The position numbers and the translations under genes were made by a program. A stretch of 29,613 nt of DNA from an uncultured Candidatus Saccharibacteria bacterium (GTDB lineage: Bacteria; Patescibacteriota; Minisyncoccia; 2-02-FULL-40-12; IGHO2-01-FULL-4-A). Position 1 is the stretch's first letter; every line of letters begins with the position of its first letter. The DNA is taken from assembly GCA_964360715.1 (NCBI GenBank), contig CAYHYQ010000001.1, forward strand, positions 2,547-32,159, given 5' to 3'. The notes under the pieces are model-generated. The model was not told where the DNA came from. It did not search any database and was given only the letters and a program-made list of their open reading frames with translations. Below, one piece after another: positions 1 to 8,600 of this stretch.

Positions 1-2
1 AA

Positions 3-512
3 GTAGATGTTATACTATCTAGAGCAGCAAAAGAAATAGCCCTTCCTATTTCCAAAGAATCTTTAAAACTTATGGGCGCGGCCCTTTATTGGGCAGAAGG
101 AAGTAAGGATGGGTCTATGGCACTTACTAATTCTGATCCTCATTTAATTTTATTTTTTGTTAAATGGTTAAAAATAGTATTTGATATTCCCGCAAATATT
201 TTACGAGGTAGACTTAATATATACCCGCAACAAAATGAGTTAGTCATAAAAAAATTTTGGTCAGATCTAACCGGTATTCCCGTAAAATTTTTCGGAAAAA
301 GCTTTGTTAAACCCTATAGCACGGGGTATAAGAAACACAACCTATACTATGGAACGATGCGGGTTGAGGTGCCGAAAAGTGTTGATATGAAACATCGAAC
401 TTTTGGATGGATACAAGCTGTATTGTGTGCAATCACTCCAAAGGTGACGCACGTGCAAAGACGTTGGCAATCCTTGACCAAGGTATCACGACCCGTTAAT
501 CTTCTTAGGTAG
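3..512 (+). CDS. LAGLIDADG-like (LYWAEG.K motif) conserved hypothetical protein, 5'-partial
   Basis: The frame is open from the window edge (VDVILSRAAKEIALPISKESLKLMGAALYWAEGSK...), so the ATG at 72 is probably internal. The AALYWAEG helix followed by F/L-x-NSDP resembles a degenerate LAGLIDADG motif. The stop lies 3 nt before the tRNA. Confidence 0.6.
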   Translation, partial: VDVILSRAAKEIALPISKESLKLMGAALYWAEGSKDGSMALTNSDPHLILFFVKWLKIVFDIPANILRGRLNIYPQQNELVIKKFWSDLTGIPVKFFGKSFVKPYSTGYKKHNLYYGTMRVEVPKSVDMKHRTFGWIQAVLCAITPKVTHVQRRWQSLTKVSRPVNLLR

Positions 513-515
513 TTT

Positions 516-588
516 CCGCCTCTAGCTCAATTGGTAGAGCAATGGACTCTTAATCCAGAGGTTCTGGGTTCGACTCCCAGGGGGCGGA
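516..588 (+). tRNA. tRNA-Lys (anticodon CTT), CCA not encoded
   Basis: Acceptor stem CCGCCTC(516-522)/GGGGCGG(581-587); D arm GCTC-AATTGGTA-GAGC; anticodon loop CTCTTAA(547-553); T arm CTGGG-TTCGACT-CCCAG; discriminator A588. Confidence 0.97.
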
Positions 589-639
589 CTGTTACGCAGT
601 AACAAACCAACGGGAGTAAATCGCCTGTGCGATTTACGT

Positions 640-743
640 GAGGAGTCGAACGCCGGAACGATGGTCCGATAGTAATCGGATTTGTGAGGCGGTGGTTAGG
701 CCGAGTGTTACAACGACGATATGAGAGCCAAAGCCGACTCCTC
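640..743. repeat. Structured element bounded by a 9-bp inverted repeat, downstream of the tRNA
   Basis: GAGGAGTCG(640-648)/CGACTCCTC(735-743); internal CGCC(651-654)/GGCG(688-691) and hairpin TCCGAT-AGTA-ATCGGA(665-680). Preceded by hairpins at 590-604 and 616-637. Confidence 0.55.
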
Positions 744-891
744 CCTGATGAATACTTTAAGGAAACGCGAATTAAAGGAATCCGCACCGATAAAAACTGA
801 AGGATAATCCTGAAGAAGATATAGGTATATACAAACCATATTCTGATATTTGAAGCCAGAAAATTTTTAATTACAGTACTTATTATTTGAC

Positions 892-912
892 GACCTAGAA
901 TAAGGTCTTTTT
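892..912 (+). terminator. Weak intrinsic terminator closing the tRNA transcript region
   Basis: GACCT-AGAATA-AGGTC stem-loop followed by a T run. Confidence 0.4.
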
Positions 913-932
913 GTTTGTTTAGATTTTTTTAC

Positions 933-961
933 TTGACATAATAATTGTAATCTGCTATGCT
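933..961 (+). promoter_or_regulatory. Sigma70-type promoter for the orphan ORF at 1069
   Basis: TTGACA(933-938), 17-nt spacer, TATGCT(956-961), with extended -10 TG at 953-954. Confidence 0.75.
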
Positions 962-1068
962 CATAATGTTATCCGGTGGGAAATTTCCATGACCTGCTGT
1001 GGGATAATTCATGACAGACGCACATTTAACAATCAAGACACCAGAAAAGTAGAAAGGATGGTTTTTTT

Positions 1069-1572
1069 ATGACAGTAACCATGGATCAGTTTCTAGCTGG
1101 CCTATCCGAGCTCGCCTCCGGCATCAATAACGTAGTAGTCGCGACCTACAACAACCTCAACAGTCACCCGGAAGGTGGCGAGCTTAGCACTGGCGTTCGC
1201 CGGATCTCCATCGTGTGTGGCGGTGCGGCCTATGCCAATCTGAGAACGCCGTTGGGCTATATCCCGAACGAGGGGGCGCAGGCGACGAAGGCGACAGGAG
1301 TGGACAAGGTCTCGGATGGCCTCGCCCAGATCGCGTCCAGGTCGCTGGTGGTCCTCTACGCCGGGAAGTCGCGCTTCAACGAGATTGTTCGGCTCGCACG
1401 GCGCCTGGCGGATTCAGGTGTAAAGGTCGCACTCGTCAGTTGCGGATGCGATGAAAATGTGTTCGGTGGACTCGAGGCCAACGAGAACATCTCGCTCGTC
1501 GTGCCAACCCACGACAACTGTAACGGTGGCAGAGATGACCTCTCAAGAATCGTCAAGAAGCTCCTTAACTGA
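1069..1572 (+). CDS. Hypothetical alpha/beta protein with CGCD and CNGG cysteine motifs
   Basis: 167-aa ORF; SD-like AGAAAGGA upstream; own promoter and terminator; GC-rich codons; alternating strand/helix pattern. Confidence 0.75.
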   Translation: MTVTMDQFLAGLSELASGINNVVVATYNNLNSHPEGGELSTGVRRISIVCGGAAYANLRTPLGYIPNEGAQATKATGVDKVSDGLAQIASRSLVVLYAGKSRFNEIVRLARRLADSGVKVALVSCGCDENVFGGLEANENISLVVPTHDNCNGGRDDLSRIVKKLLN

Positions 1573-1587
1573 CCTCAGGCAAAGTGA

Positions 1588-1620
1588 TCCCGTACCTCGT
1601 CTGGTACGGGACTTTTTTTT
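1588..1620 (+). terminator. Rho-independent terminator
   Basis: TCCCGTACC-TCGTCT-GGTACGGGA (9-bp perfect stem) followed by C and 8 T. Confidence 0.85.
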
Positions 1621-1671
1621 GAATTTGAAACTCACTTTTAAATCATTTTCAAAAATACTAAACTGTTTTTA

Positions 1672-2814
1672 TTAGCACATCTCTTTTTGTAACACTTCCA
1701 GGAACTCATCGAGTTCCTTTTTTGTTGTCGAACGGCCAAGGGTAATACGCAAATTACCATCATCCGGGTCAGCACTCAGTGCCTTTAATACGTGTGATTG
1801 GCCGGTTTCACGAGCAGTACAAGCCGCACCAGTCGAGACCGCAAAACCGGCGCGGTCTAGAGCAAGTACCAGCATCTCGCCTGATGTATTTGGCAAGGAA
1901 ACATTTATATTATTTGCCAGACGCTGTACTAGATGGCCGTTGAGAGTCGCGCCGTGAATATTTTTTAAGATACTTTTAATCAGATAATCGCGAAGTTTTT
2001 TAAGCCGGACGGTTTCTTCAGCACGCATGTGCTCGGCAAGAGCGAGTGCTTCGGCAAAACCTTCGGCCAGAATCACAGATTCAGTACCCGGACGCAAACC
2101 GCGTTCCTGAGAGCCACCATAAAGAATCGGCATAATGGGCGTAGCATGACGAACGTAAAGAACAGCAATCCCCTGTGGTCCATATACCTTGCCACTGCTA
2201 ATAGTCATGAGATCAATACCGAGATTTTGTACATGGAGTGATAGTAAGCCGGGTGCCTGGCAGGCATCTGTATGCAATAAAACATTGGTATTATTTTTGC
2301 GATTATACGCTTTTATAACTTTACTTAGCGCGGTTATATTTTGAACTGTGCCAATTTCATTATTGGCGTACGCGATAGACACCAGCGCGGTATTTGGCCT
2401 GAGTTGGCGTGACAGCTCTGCAACCGAAACAAGCCCAGCCCCATCAATAAACAATTCGGTGAGTGTGATGCGGCCCGTCCGAACTAATGCCCGCGTTGTC
2501 GCGAGTACCGAGTGATGTTCGATACTACTTGTAATAATATGCGGTTTCTTTGTTTTTGATGCGACAATAATGCCTTGTAATGCAAGATTATTTGCTTCCG
2601 TACCCGATGATGTAAAAAATATTTCTTCCGGCCGACAAGTCAATACTTTGGCAACCTTGGTGCGTGCCGCCAGAAGACGGCTACGGGCGGCACGGCCTTC
2701 GGTATGGATTGATGAGGCATTGGCCGGCACACACGTAAGCCGACTCATCATTTTAAGCACTCGCCTGTCCAGCGGTGTCGCCGCGGCATAATCGAGATAA
2801 ATGCGTTTTTTCAT
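1672..2814 (-). CDS. iscS: Cysteine desulfurase (IscS/NifS family, PLP-dependent)
   Basis: IYLDYAAATP N-terminus, FTSSGTEANN, HTDACQ, SSGKVYGPQG (PLP lysine), STGAACT (catalytic Cys), LRITLGR. Confidence 0.93.
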   Translation of the reverse strand: MKKRIYLDYAAATPLDRRVLKMMSRLTCVPANASSIHTEGRAARSRLLAARTKVAKVLTCRPEEIFFTSSGTEANNLALQGIIVASKTKKPHIITSSIEHHSVLATTRALVRTGRITLTELFIDGAGLVSVAELSRQLRPNTALVSIAYANNEIGTVQNITALSKVIKAYNRKNNTNVLLHTDACQAPGLLSLHVQNLGIDLMTISSGKVYGPQGIAVLYVRHATPIMPILYGGSQERGLRPGTESVILAEGFAEALALAEHMRAEETVRLKKLRDYLIKSILKNIHGATLNGHLVQRLANNINVSLPNTSGEMLVLALDRAGFAVSTGAACTARETGQSHVLKALSADPDDGNLRITLGRSTTKKELDEFLEVLQKEMC

Positions 2815-2820
2815 GGAATA

Positions 2821-2873
2821 AATACAGCTCCGTTATGGGAGCTGTATTGTATCGTATTTATACAGTTAGTCAA
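2821..2873 (-). promoter_or_regulatory. 11-bp perfect inverted repeat overlapping a putative iscS promoter
   Basis: AATACAGCTCC(2821-2831)/GGAGCTGTATT(2838-2848). On the minus strand, TTGACT(2873-2868)-16 nt-TACAAT(2851-2846). Could be the dsbA terminator and/or an operator. Confidence 0.6.
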
Positions 2874-3608
2874 TTACTTGGCGAGTAGTTTTTCGATAGC
2901 ATCTTGATACGTTGCAAATGGATAAGCACCTTCAATGAATGTCTCACCGATAAAGAACGAAGGTGTACCACGCACACCTAAACCGGCACCCGTATCCTGA
3001 TCTGATTTTACCTTGGCTTCAAACTTTTTAGATACCAAGCAAGTATTGAGCGCGGTCAGATCAAGGCCGGCAGTTGTTTCCCATTGGGTTAAGTCATTTT
3101 GTGTGAACATAATTGTCTTACTGAATTTTTGGGAATCTTTCTGAACTTGGCCGTTAAAAACTGCATCATGGAACTCTAAAAACTTACCTTGCTCTTGCGC
3201 ACATTCAGAGGCCTGCGCCGCGGGTGCGGCCATTGGATGAAACTCAAGCGGATATTGCCTGATGACGAAGCGAACTTTACCCGTATCAATGTACTCTTGT
3301 TTTAATTGTGGCCATGTTTCGACAAAGAATTTACGGCAAAATGGACATTGGAAATCGGTATATTCGTATACAATCGCCTTCGCGCGCGGATTACCTAGCA
3401 CGATATCGTTTTTCTCAATCTTTAATTTTGGTTTTGTCGGCCCCGCAGTACCGCGCGTATACAATAAAGTTGCTGAAATTAAGACACCGGCCAAGAGTAT
3501 GGCTAGAGGTAATAAAAACGGTGAATAGGCAGGTTTTGAACTTCGCATTGATGCTGACGCGATCGCTGTATCTGACACCGTAGGAGTATCTATATTTTCT
3601 TTATTCAT
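2874..3608 (-). CDS. dsbA: DsbA-family thiol-disulfide oxidoreductase with N-terminal membrane anchor
   Basis: EYTDFQCPFC (CxxC), YPLEFH and GVRGTPSFFI cis-Pro loop. Start placed at MNKENI (3608) because the longer 3650 start overlaps doxX. Confidence 0.88.
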   Translation of the reverse strand: MNKENIDTPTVSDTAIASASMRSSKPAYSPFLLPLAILLAGVLISATLLYTRGTAGPTKPKLKIEKNDIVLGNPRAKAIVYEYTDFQCPFCRKFFVETWPQLKQEYIDTGKVRFVIRQYPLEFHPMAAPAAQASECAQEQGKFLEFHDAVFNGQVQKDSQKFSKTIMFTQNDLTQWETTAGLDLTALNTCLVSKKFEAKVKSDQDTGAGLGVRGTPSFFIGETFIEGAYPFATYQDAIEKLLAK

Positions 3609-3646
3609 AATGATTTTAGTATACCGGGTCAACGACAACAAAACAA

Positions 3647-4021
3647 TCAATAACGCGAAACACTATCGGGCCACTGCGTTAATGCAAGCAAAATGATAGC
3701 CAGACCCGTAGCCACAACAGTGGCACTGGTAAAACCGCTACTTAATAATTGCACCAGAAGAATACACGCGCCAAGCACCGAAAAGAATCTTATAAAAAGA
3801 CCGCTCACATGACTAATGGCTACGAGAATGGAAAAGATCGCTACAATGTATAGGAATTGATTTGCGGCCAAGCCGACTCGTTCCGCCAGATGCGCAATAC
3901 TTGGTGGTAACCAAAGAGCAATCCATGTTGCGGTGTGACGCAAAATATCAATACCAAACCATAAAAAAACCGCGGCGATGGCGACACGGATAATAAAATG
4001 AATGTTTCGAATGGATATCAT
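3647..4021 (-). CDS. DoxX-family membrane protein
   Basis: 124 aa, about four hydrophobic segments, RVAIAAVFLWFGI motif. Confidence 0.7.
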   Translation of the reverse strand: MISIRNIHFIIRVAIAAVFLWFGIDILRHTATWIALWLPPSIAHLAERVGLAANQFLYIVAIFSILVAISHVSGLFIRFFSVLGACILLVQLLSSGFTSATVVATGLAIILLALTQWPDSVSRY

Positions 4022-4048
4022 GCGACATCCTATTGTAGCGTGAGATTA

Positions 4049-5386
4049 CTAAGTTGTGCTAGAGCTAAAATTGTTGATAGGTGTTTCAATGCCATGCGCA
4101 TGCTGTTCGATAAATTCAAAAACTTTCTCGACGACCAAGCCGTCGGCAATGCGCGAACGCAACCCATCAGCATCAACATCTTTTAGGGCTTTATATTCAC
4201 CCTTGGCTTGATTATGAACATAGCGTTCAAGCGTCAGCTGAAGCTGTTCATCAACATCACTCTCATCAACCGAAAGTTTCTCAGCTTTCGCGATAGCGCG
4301 TACGACAGCATTGAGCTTTACTTGTTGTTGCGCGCGTTCATGCCATTCGGCGCGCAAATCGGCTTCAGTTTTTTTTAGATGCTCAAGATATTGATCAAGG
4401 TTAAGGCCTTTGCCGGCCAGGTCTTGCCGCAAATCACGAAGCATTGAATCGAGCTGACGTTCGATCAGCCGCGGCGGGGCTATGATACCGCTTGCTTTAA
4501 TGACTTGATTTAATAAATCGAGTCGTACACGGTCACGCTCTTTCGCTTCACCTTCCAAAGTTAGGCCCGCATGAATATTTACACGTACATCGGCAACCGT
4601 TTTAAATGTCTTGCCGAGAATAGCTACAAATTCATCAGTGAGTTTCGGAATAACGCGTTCGGCAACTTGTTTTAAGAATACGTGAAATGCTAATTTTTTA
4701 CCGCGAATCGAGACCTCGTGGTAATCACTGGGCATTGTCAGTTCAAAATCTTTTTGTTCACCAACGATCATGCCTATAATCGCCTCTTCAAAACCGGGTA
4801 CAAAACTGCCCCGACCGAGAATCAACGGGTGATTCTCGCTATGACCGCCTTCAATAACCGTGCCATTATCGGTCACGGTAAAATCAACTTCGACACGATC
4901 TTCGAGTCGGGCCGGCCGATTTACGAGTGTAATTTTGACGCGTGACTGAAGTAGGTTCTCAATAACCTTATTTACTTCATCGTCACTGACGTGAACAGGC
5001 ATGCGCTCAATACACAAACCCTTATAAGTCCCAAGTGTAACATCCGGATACAGAATGACAGAAATTTTATAGACAAGCCGCTCACTGGTATTTTCGACGA
5101 CCGCTAGATCAAAATGGTCAGCAACATCCAACCTCTCTTGTGAGATTATTTCTATAAAACTATTTTGGACGGTATATTCCAGCGCTTCTTCGCGAATACG
5201 TGCCTCGCCGACTTTCGCGATTAAGACCTCGCGCGGAATTTTTCCGGGGCGAAAACCATCCATCCGCAGTTCATTTGCAAAACGTTTCTCAACCTCACGA
5301 AGATAATCTTGCAAATCTTCCTTATCAACAGTGACCGTAAGGACGATTGCACCGGCAACGCCTTCTGTTCTATTAGTACTAATCAT
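4049..5386 (-). CDS. tig: Trigger factor
   Basis: GFRPGK ribosome-binding signature, FKBP domain (FVPGFEEAIIGM), C-terminal chaperone domain; 445 aa. Confidence 0.95.
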   Translation of the reverse strand: MISTNRTEGVAGAIVLTVTVDKEDLQDYLREVEKRFANELRMDGFRPGKIPREVLIAKVGEARIREEALEYTVQNSFIEIISQERLDVADHFDLAVVENTSERLVYKISVILYPDVTLGTYKGLCIERMPVHVSDDEVNKVIENLLQSRVKITLVNRPARLEDRVEVDFTVTDNGTVIEGGHSENHPLILGRGSFVPGFEEAIIGMIVGEQKDFELTMPSDYHEVSIRGKKLAFHVFLKQVAERVIPKLTDEFVAILGKTFKTVADVRVNIHAGLTLEGEAKERDRVRLDLLNQVIKASGIIAPPRLIERQLDSMLRDLRQDLAGKGLNLDQYLEHLKKTEADLRAEWHERAQQQVKLNAVVRAIAKAEKLSVDESDVDEQLQLTLERYVHNQAKGEYKALKDVDADGLRSRIADGLVVEKVFEFIEQHAHGIETPINNFSSSTT

Positions 5387-5388
5387 GA

Positions 5389-6666
5389 TTAAGAATTCGG
5401 TTGCGTGTCGGGGGCGTCGTTGACGAGTGTTTGTACATCGGTATCGGCGATTTCAGGATCAGCCAAAGATTCAGAGGCCGAGAGCGCGGATTGCGGGGCG
5501 CGGACATCTATTTTCCAGCCGGTAAGTTTCGCGGCAAGACGTACATTTTGACCTTTTTTACCAATAGCCAACGAGAATTGGTCTTCGGCAACTTCGGCTA
5601 AAGCGTGTTTTTGCTCTATACTCAAGATCTTCACACCGATAATTTTTGCCGGTGAGAGTGATTGCGAGATATAGCGTTCGGGTAATTCATTCCATTCTAT
5701 AATGTCTATTTTTTCACCGTTGAGTTCGTTGATAACTGTTTGTACGCGCACACCTTTCTGGCCGACGAGTGAGCCGATCGGATCAACGCCGTCTTCGTGA
5801 GAGATTACCGCGATCTTTGAACGTGAACCGGCTTCGCGCGCAATCGCTTTAATTTCAACGGCCCCGGTTTCGATTTCAGGCACTTCAAATTCAAAGAGTT
5901 TCATAACTAGACGCGGGTGAGCCCGCGAGAGATACAAAACCGGTCCCTTGCTTGTCTGTTCAACGCGTACTAATAAAAATCGCAGACGCTGATTAAGGCG
6001 GTAACTGTCGGAATAGAGTTGTTCCGTGGGCAATAAGATGCCATTCGTACGGCCTAGATCAATATAGATAATCCGACCCTCAATGCGCTGGACTAAACCT
6101 GACACAATCATACCTTCTTTCTCTTTGAATTCTTCGAAAATCGCCTCACGTTCAATTTCACGCAAACGCTGAATCACAACCTGCTTGGCCGTCTGCGCCG
6201 CAATACGACCGAAATCTGATTTTGGTTCGAGGTTGGTAATAACGCGCTCGCCGACTTTTGGATTCTTTATTGCCTCCTTAGCTTCATCAATCGTAATATA
6301 TTTCTCCGGATTGTATTTTACTTTTATCCGACCCTGCGCGTCGGTAATGACATCGGTATCTTCCACGGCAACGCCACGCGCGCTGACACGTTCAGCATGC
6401 TGTTTATCTTCTTCAACTACCGGTAATTCTCCGGTAACATAGCCGTCGGCGTCAAATCCTTCGACGACGATGCGCGCGCGTGATATCGCAACATCACCGG
6501 TCTCACGGTCGAGTTTCGCTTTTATGATCTGACTCTTCTCGCCGTAATCGCGCTTATACGCGGCGGCAATGGCCTCCTCAACGGTGCTTAATATTTTTTC
6601 TTCTGGAATACCCTTCTCGTCGGCAATCTGTTTAATGGCCGATAGGAATTGTTTTGCGTCAAACAT
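5389..6666 (-). CDS. nusA: Transcription termination/antitermination factor NusA
   Basis: FGRIAAQTAKQV, S1 domain, AREAGSRSKIAV, DPIGSLVGQKGVRV, SLAIGKKGQNVRLAAKLTGWKID. Likely start is MFDAKQF at 6666 rather than 6729. Confidence 0.96.
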   Translation of the reverse strand: MFDAKQFLSAIKQIADEKGIPEEKILSTVEEAIAAAYKRDYGEKSQIIKAKLDRETGDVAISRARIVVEGFDADGYVTGELPVVEEDKQHAERVSARGVAVEDTDVITDAQGRIKVKYNPEKYITIDEAKEAIKNPKVGERVITNLEPKSDFGRIAAQTAKQVVIQRLREIEREAIFEEFKEKEGMIVSGLVQRIEGRIIYIDLGRTNGILLPTEQLYSDSYRLNQRLRFLLVRVEQTSKGPVLYLSRAHPRLVMKLFEFEVPEIETGAVEIKAIAREAGSRSKIAVISHEDGVDPIGSLVGQKGVRVQTVINELNGEKIDIIEWNELPERYISQSLSPAKIIGVKILSIEQKHALAEVAEDQFSLAIGKKGQNVRLAAKLTGWKIDVRAPQSALSASESLADPEIADTDVQTLVNDAPDTQPNS

Positions 6667-6741
6667 GATATGAATATAGTTACTATTTAAAACGAAATCC
6701 GCTTCCCAGCGGACATCCACGGAATACAACCATAGAAAGTC

Positions 6742-6771
6742 ATCTTATCACCAACTATCCATGCGTGTCAA
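6742..6771 (-). promoter_or_regulatory. Putative nusA promoter
   Basis: Minus strand TTGACA(6771-6766)-18 nt-TAAGAT(6747-6742) with extended TG. Confidence 0.55.
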
Positions 6772-6814
6772 TATCCACACAACGTCAGGTATATAACTGA
6801 CGTTGTTATCAACA
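6771..6814. promoter_or_regulatory. 10-8-10 palindrome flanked by two DnaA-box-like 9-mers
   Basis: ACAACGTCAG(6779-6788)-GTATATAA-CTGACGTTGT(6797-6806); ATATCCACA(6771-6779) and TTATCAACA(6806-6814), each one mismatch from TTATCCACA. Confidence 0.5.
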
Positions 6815-6917
6815 TAATATCCCCTTTTTCACATTTTATAGCTCGCCGACACATGCTAGACCGTTAGTAAGGATTGTTGAGAACTAAGAGTCCGTTTCCT
6901 GATACACTACATAACAC

Positions 6918-8597
6918 ATGAATTCACCGCAGACCAATACTACTCCAGGCCAAAATCTCGAGATAGAGCTTGATAAGAAACTTGTGGCCATGCAAAATCA
7001 GCGTCTCGAGGAGGCGGCGCAAGCACGCGCCCAAATACAGGGTGTTAAATACGCGAATTTACAAATTTTTCCCATTGATACGTCATCGGTTTTACTCTTA
7101 TCGGAAGATGAAGCCCGCCGTGGCCAATTAGCAATCATCAACAAAAAAGCATCATCATTGACGGTTGCCGTTCTTGATCCACAACAAGCTGAAACTCAAG
7201 CCGTACTTAAAATGCTCACCGACAAAAATTTTACATGTAATCTTATAATTGTTTCCGAGTTAGGCCTTGCCAAGGCCTGGGAACGTTATCGAATCAGCAC
7301 AAAAAAGGATACTAGTCAGACAGGTGTTGTTCAGCTTGATCAAAATGCCATTGATACGTATCAAAAAGGCATTAGCACGCTCAAAGATCTCAAAGAGCGT
7401 ATTGTTAATCTGCCTGTTACACAGATTGTGGACATGCTTATCGCCGGCGCCCTAAAAATCGGCGCATCCGATATACATTGGGAACCGGAAGAAAAGGCGG
7501 TTCGTTTGCGTTATCGTCTTGACGGCGTCCTGACCGACGTTATTGATTTCCCGCACACAACGTATCCCAATATCTTGAGCCGGTTGAAGCTTGTCTCGGG
7601 TATGAAACTTAATGTCCGTGACCGGCCGCAAGATGGCCGTTTTACCATCCGGCAAAAGGATATTGATATTGAGGTGCGTGTTTCAATTTTGCCCGGCGCC
7701 TATGGTGAAGGCATCGTCATGCGTATCCTCGATCCACGCACCATCCGCCAACGATTGGAAGATTAAGGCATGCGTTATGATACACTCGAAACAGTCAAAA
7801 AACTGCTTCAAAAAACAACCGGAGCCATTCTCACGACCGGGCCGACCGGTTCCGGTAAAACAACCACGCTCTATGCGTTTGTGAAATTCGTAAACAATTC
7901 TGAAATGAAAGTTATAACCGTTGAAGATCCGATCGAATACTATATCGAGGGCATTACGCAAACACAGGTTGATGCTGAAGCGGGCTACACATTCGCCGGT
8001 GGCTTGCGCGCAATCGTCCGCCAAGACCCCGACGTCATACTTATTGGTGAAATGCGTGACAAAGAAACGGCCGAGATTGCCATGCAAGCGGCGCTAACCG
8101 GCCATCTTGTATTTTCAACAATTCACACCAACAACGCCGCCGGCACCGTGCCGCGCCTAATTGATCTTGGCGTAAAGCCCCAATCAATTGCACCCGCCAT
8201 TAATGCCATGATGGCGCAACGTCTGGTGCGACGCCTTTGTCAAAAATGTAAAAAACAACAAAATCCAATCGCTGATGATTTGGCCATTCTCAAAAAATAT
8301 CTGGACCCCATCGCCACACAATTTAAACTGCCGTCCCTCGATGAAAATTTACAAATTTCATATCCGATTGGTTGTGACGAATGCAATACTCTAGGATACA
8401 AAGGCCGTATCGGTGTCTATGAAATTATTGTGATGAACGATGAGCTTGGCCGATTAATTCTACAATCGCCCGCTATTTCACAGATTCAGGATATAGCTTT
8501 GAAGAACAACCTTATAACCTTATTGCAAGACGCTTTAATGCGCGTTGTGAGTGGCATTACTTCAATGCAGGAGGTTATGAATGTTATCGGCGAATAG
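6918..8597 (+). pseudogene. pilB: Type IV pilus/T2SS assembly ATPase PilB/GspE interrupted by an in-frame TAA (7764-7766)
   Basis: ORFs 6918..7766 and 7770..8597 are in the same frame and join as RQRLED*GMRYD (family pattern L-x-x-LG). Intact IHWEP, DRPQDGRF, Walker A GPTGSGKT, EDPIE, RQDPDVILIGEMRD, STIHTN, and CxxC...CxxC zinc motif. Confidence 0.9.
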
Positions 8598-8600
8598 TAA

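Noticed and set aside
527-787. 86-aa minus-strand ORF
   Set aside because: It is antisense to tRNA-Lys and the structured trailer, with no coding features.
747-853. Possible gene fragment DEYFKETRIKGIRTDK/KLKDNPEEDIGIYKPYSDI joined by a slip in an A5 run
   Set aside because: Too short, no start codon and no recognisable family; could be chance.
6779-6806. dif site
   Set aside because: The spacer is 8 nt rather than 6, the arms do not match the XerC/XerD consensus, and the site is near oriC rather than the terminus.
7764-7766. Stop-codon reassignment explaining the pilB TAA
   Set aside because: TAA terminates many clear genes here (rpmH, ruvB, yebC) and TGA does too (rnpA, yidD, yidC), consistent with code 11.
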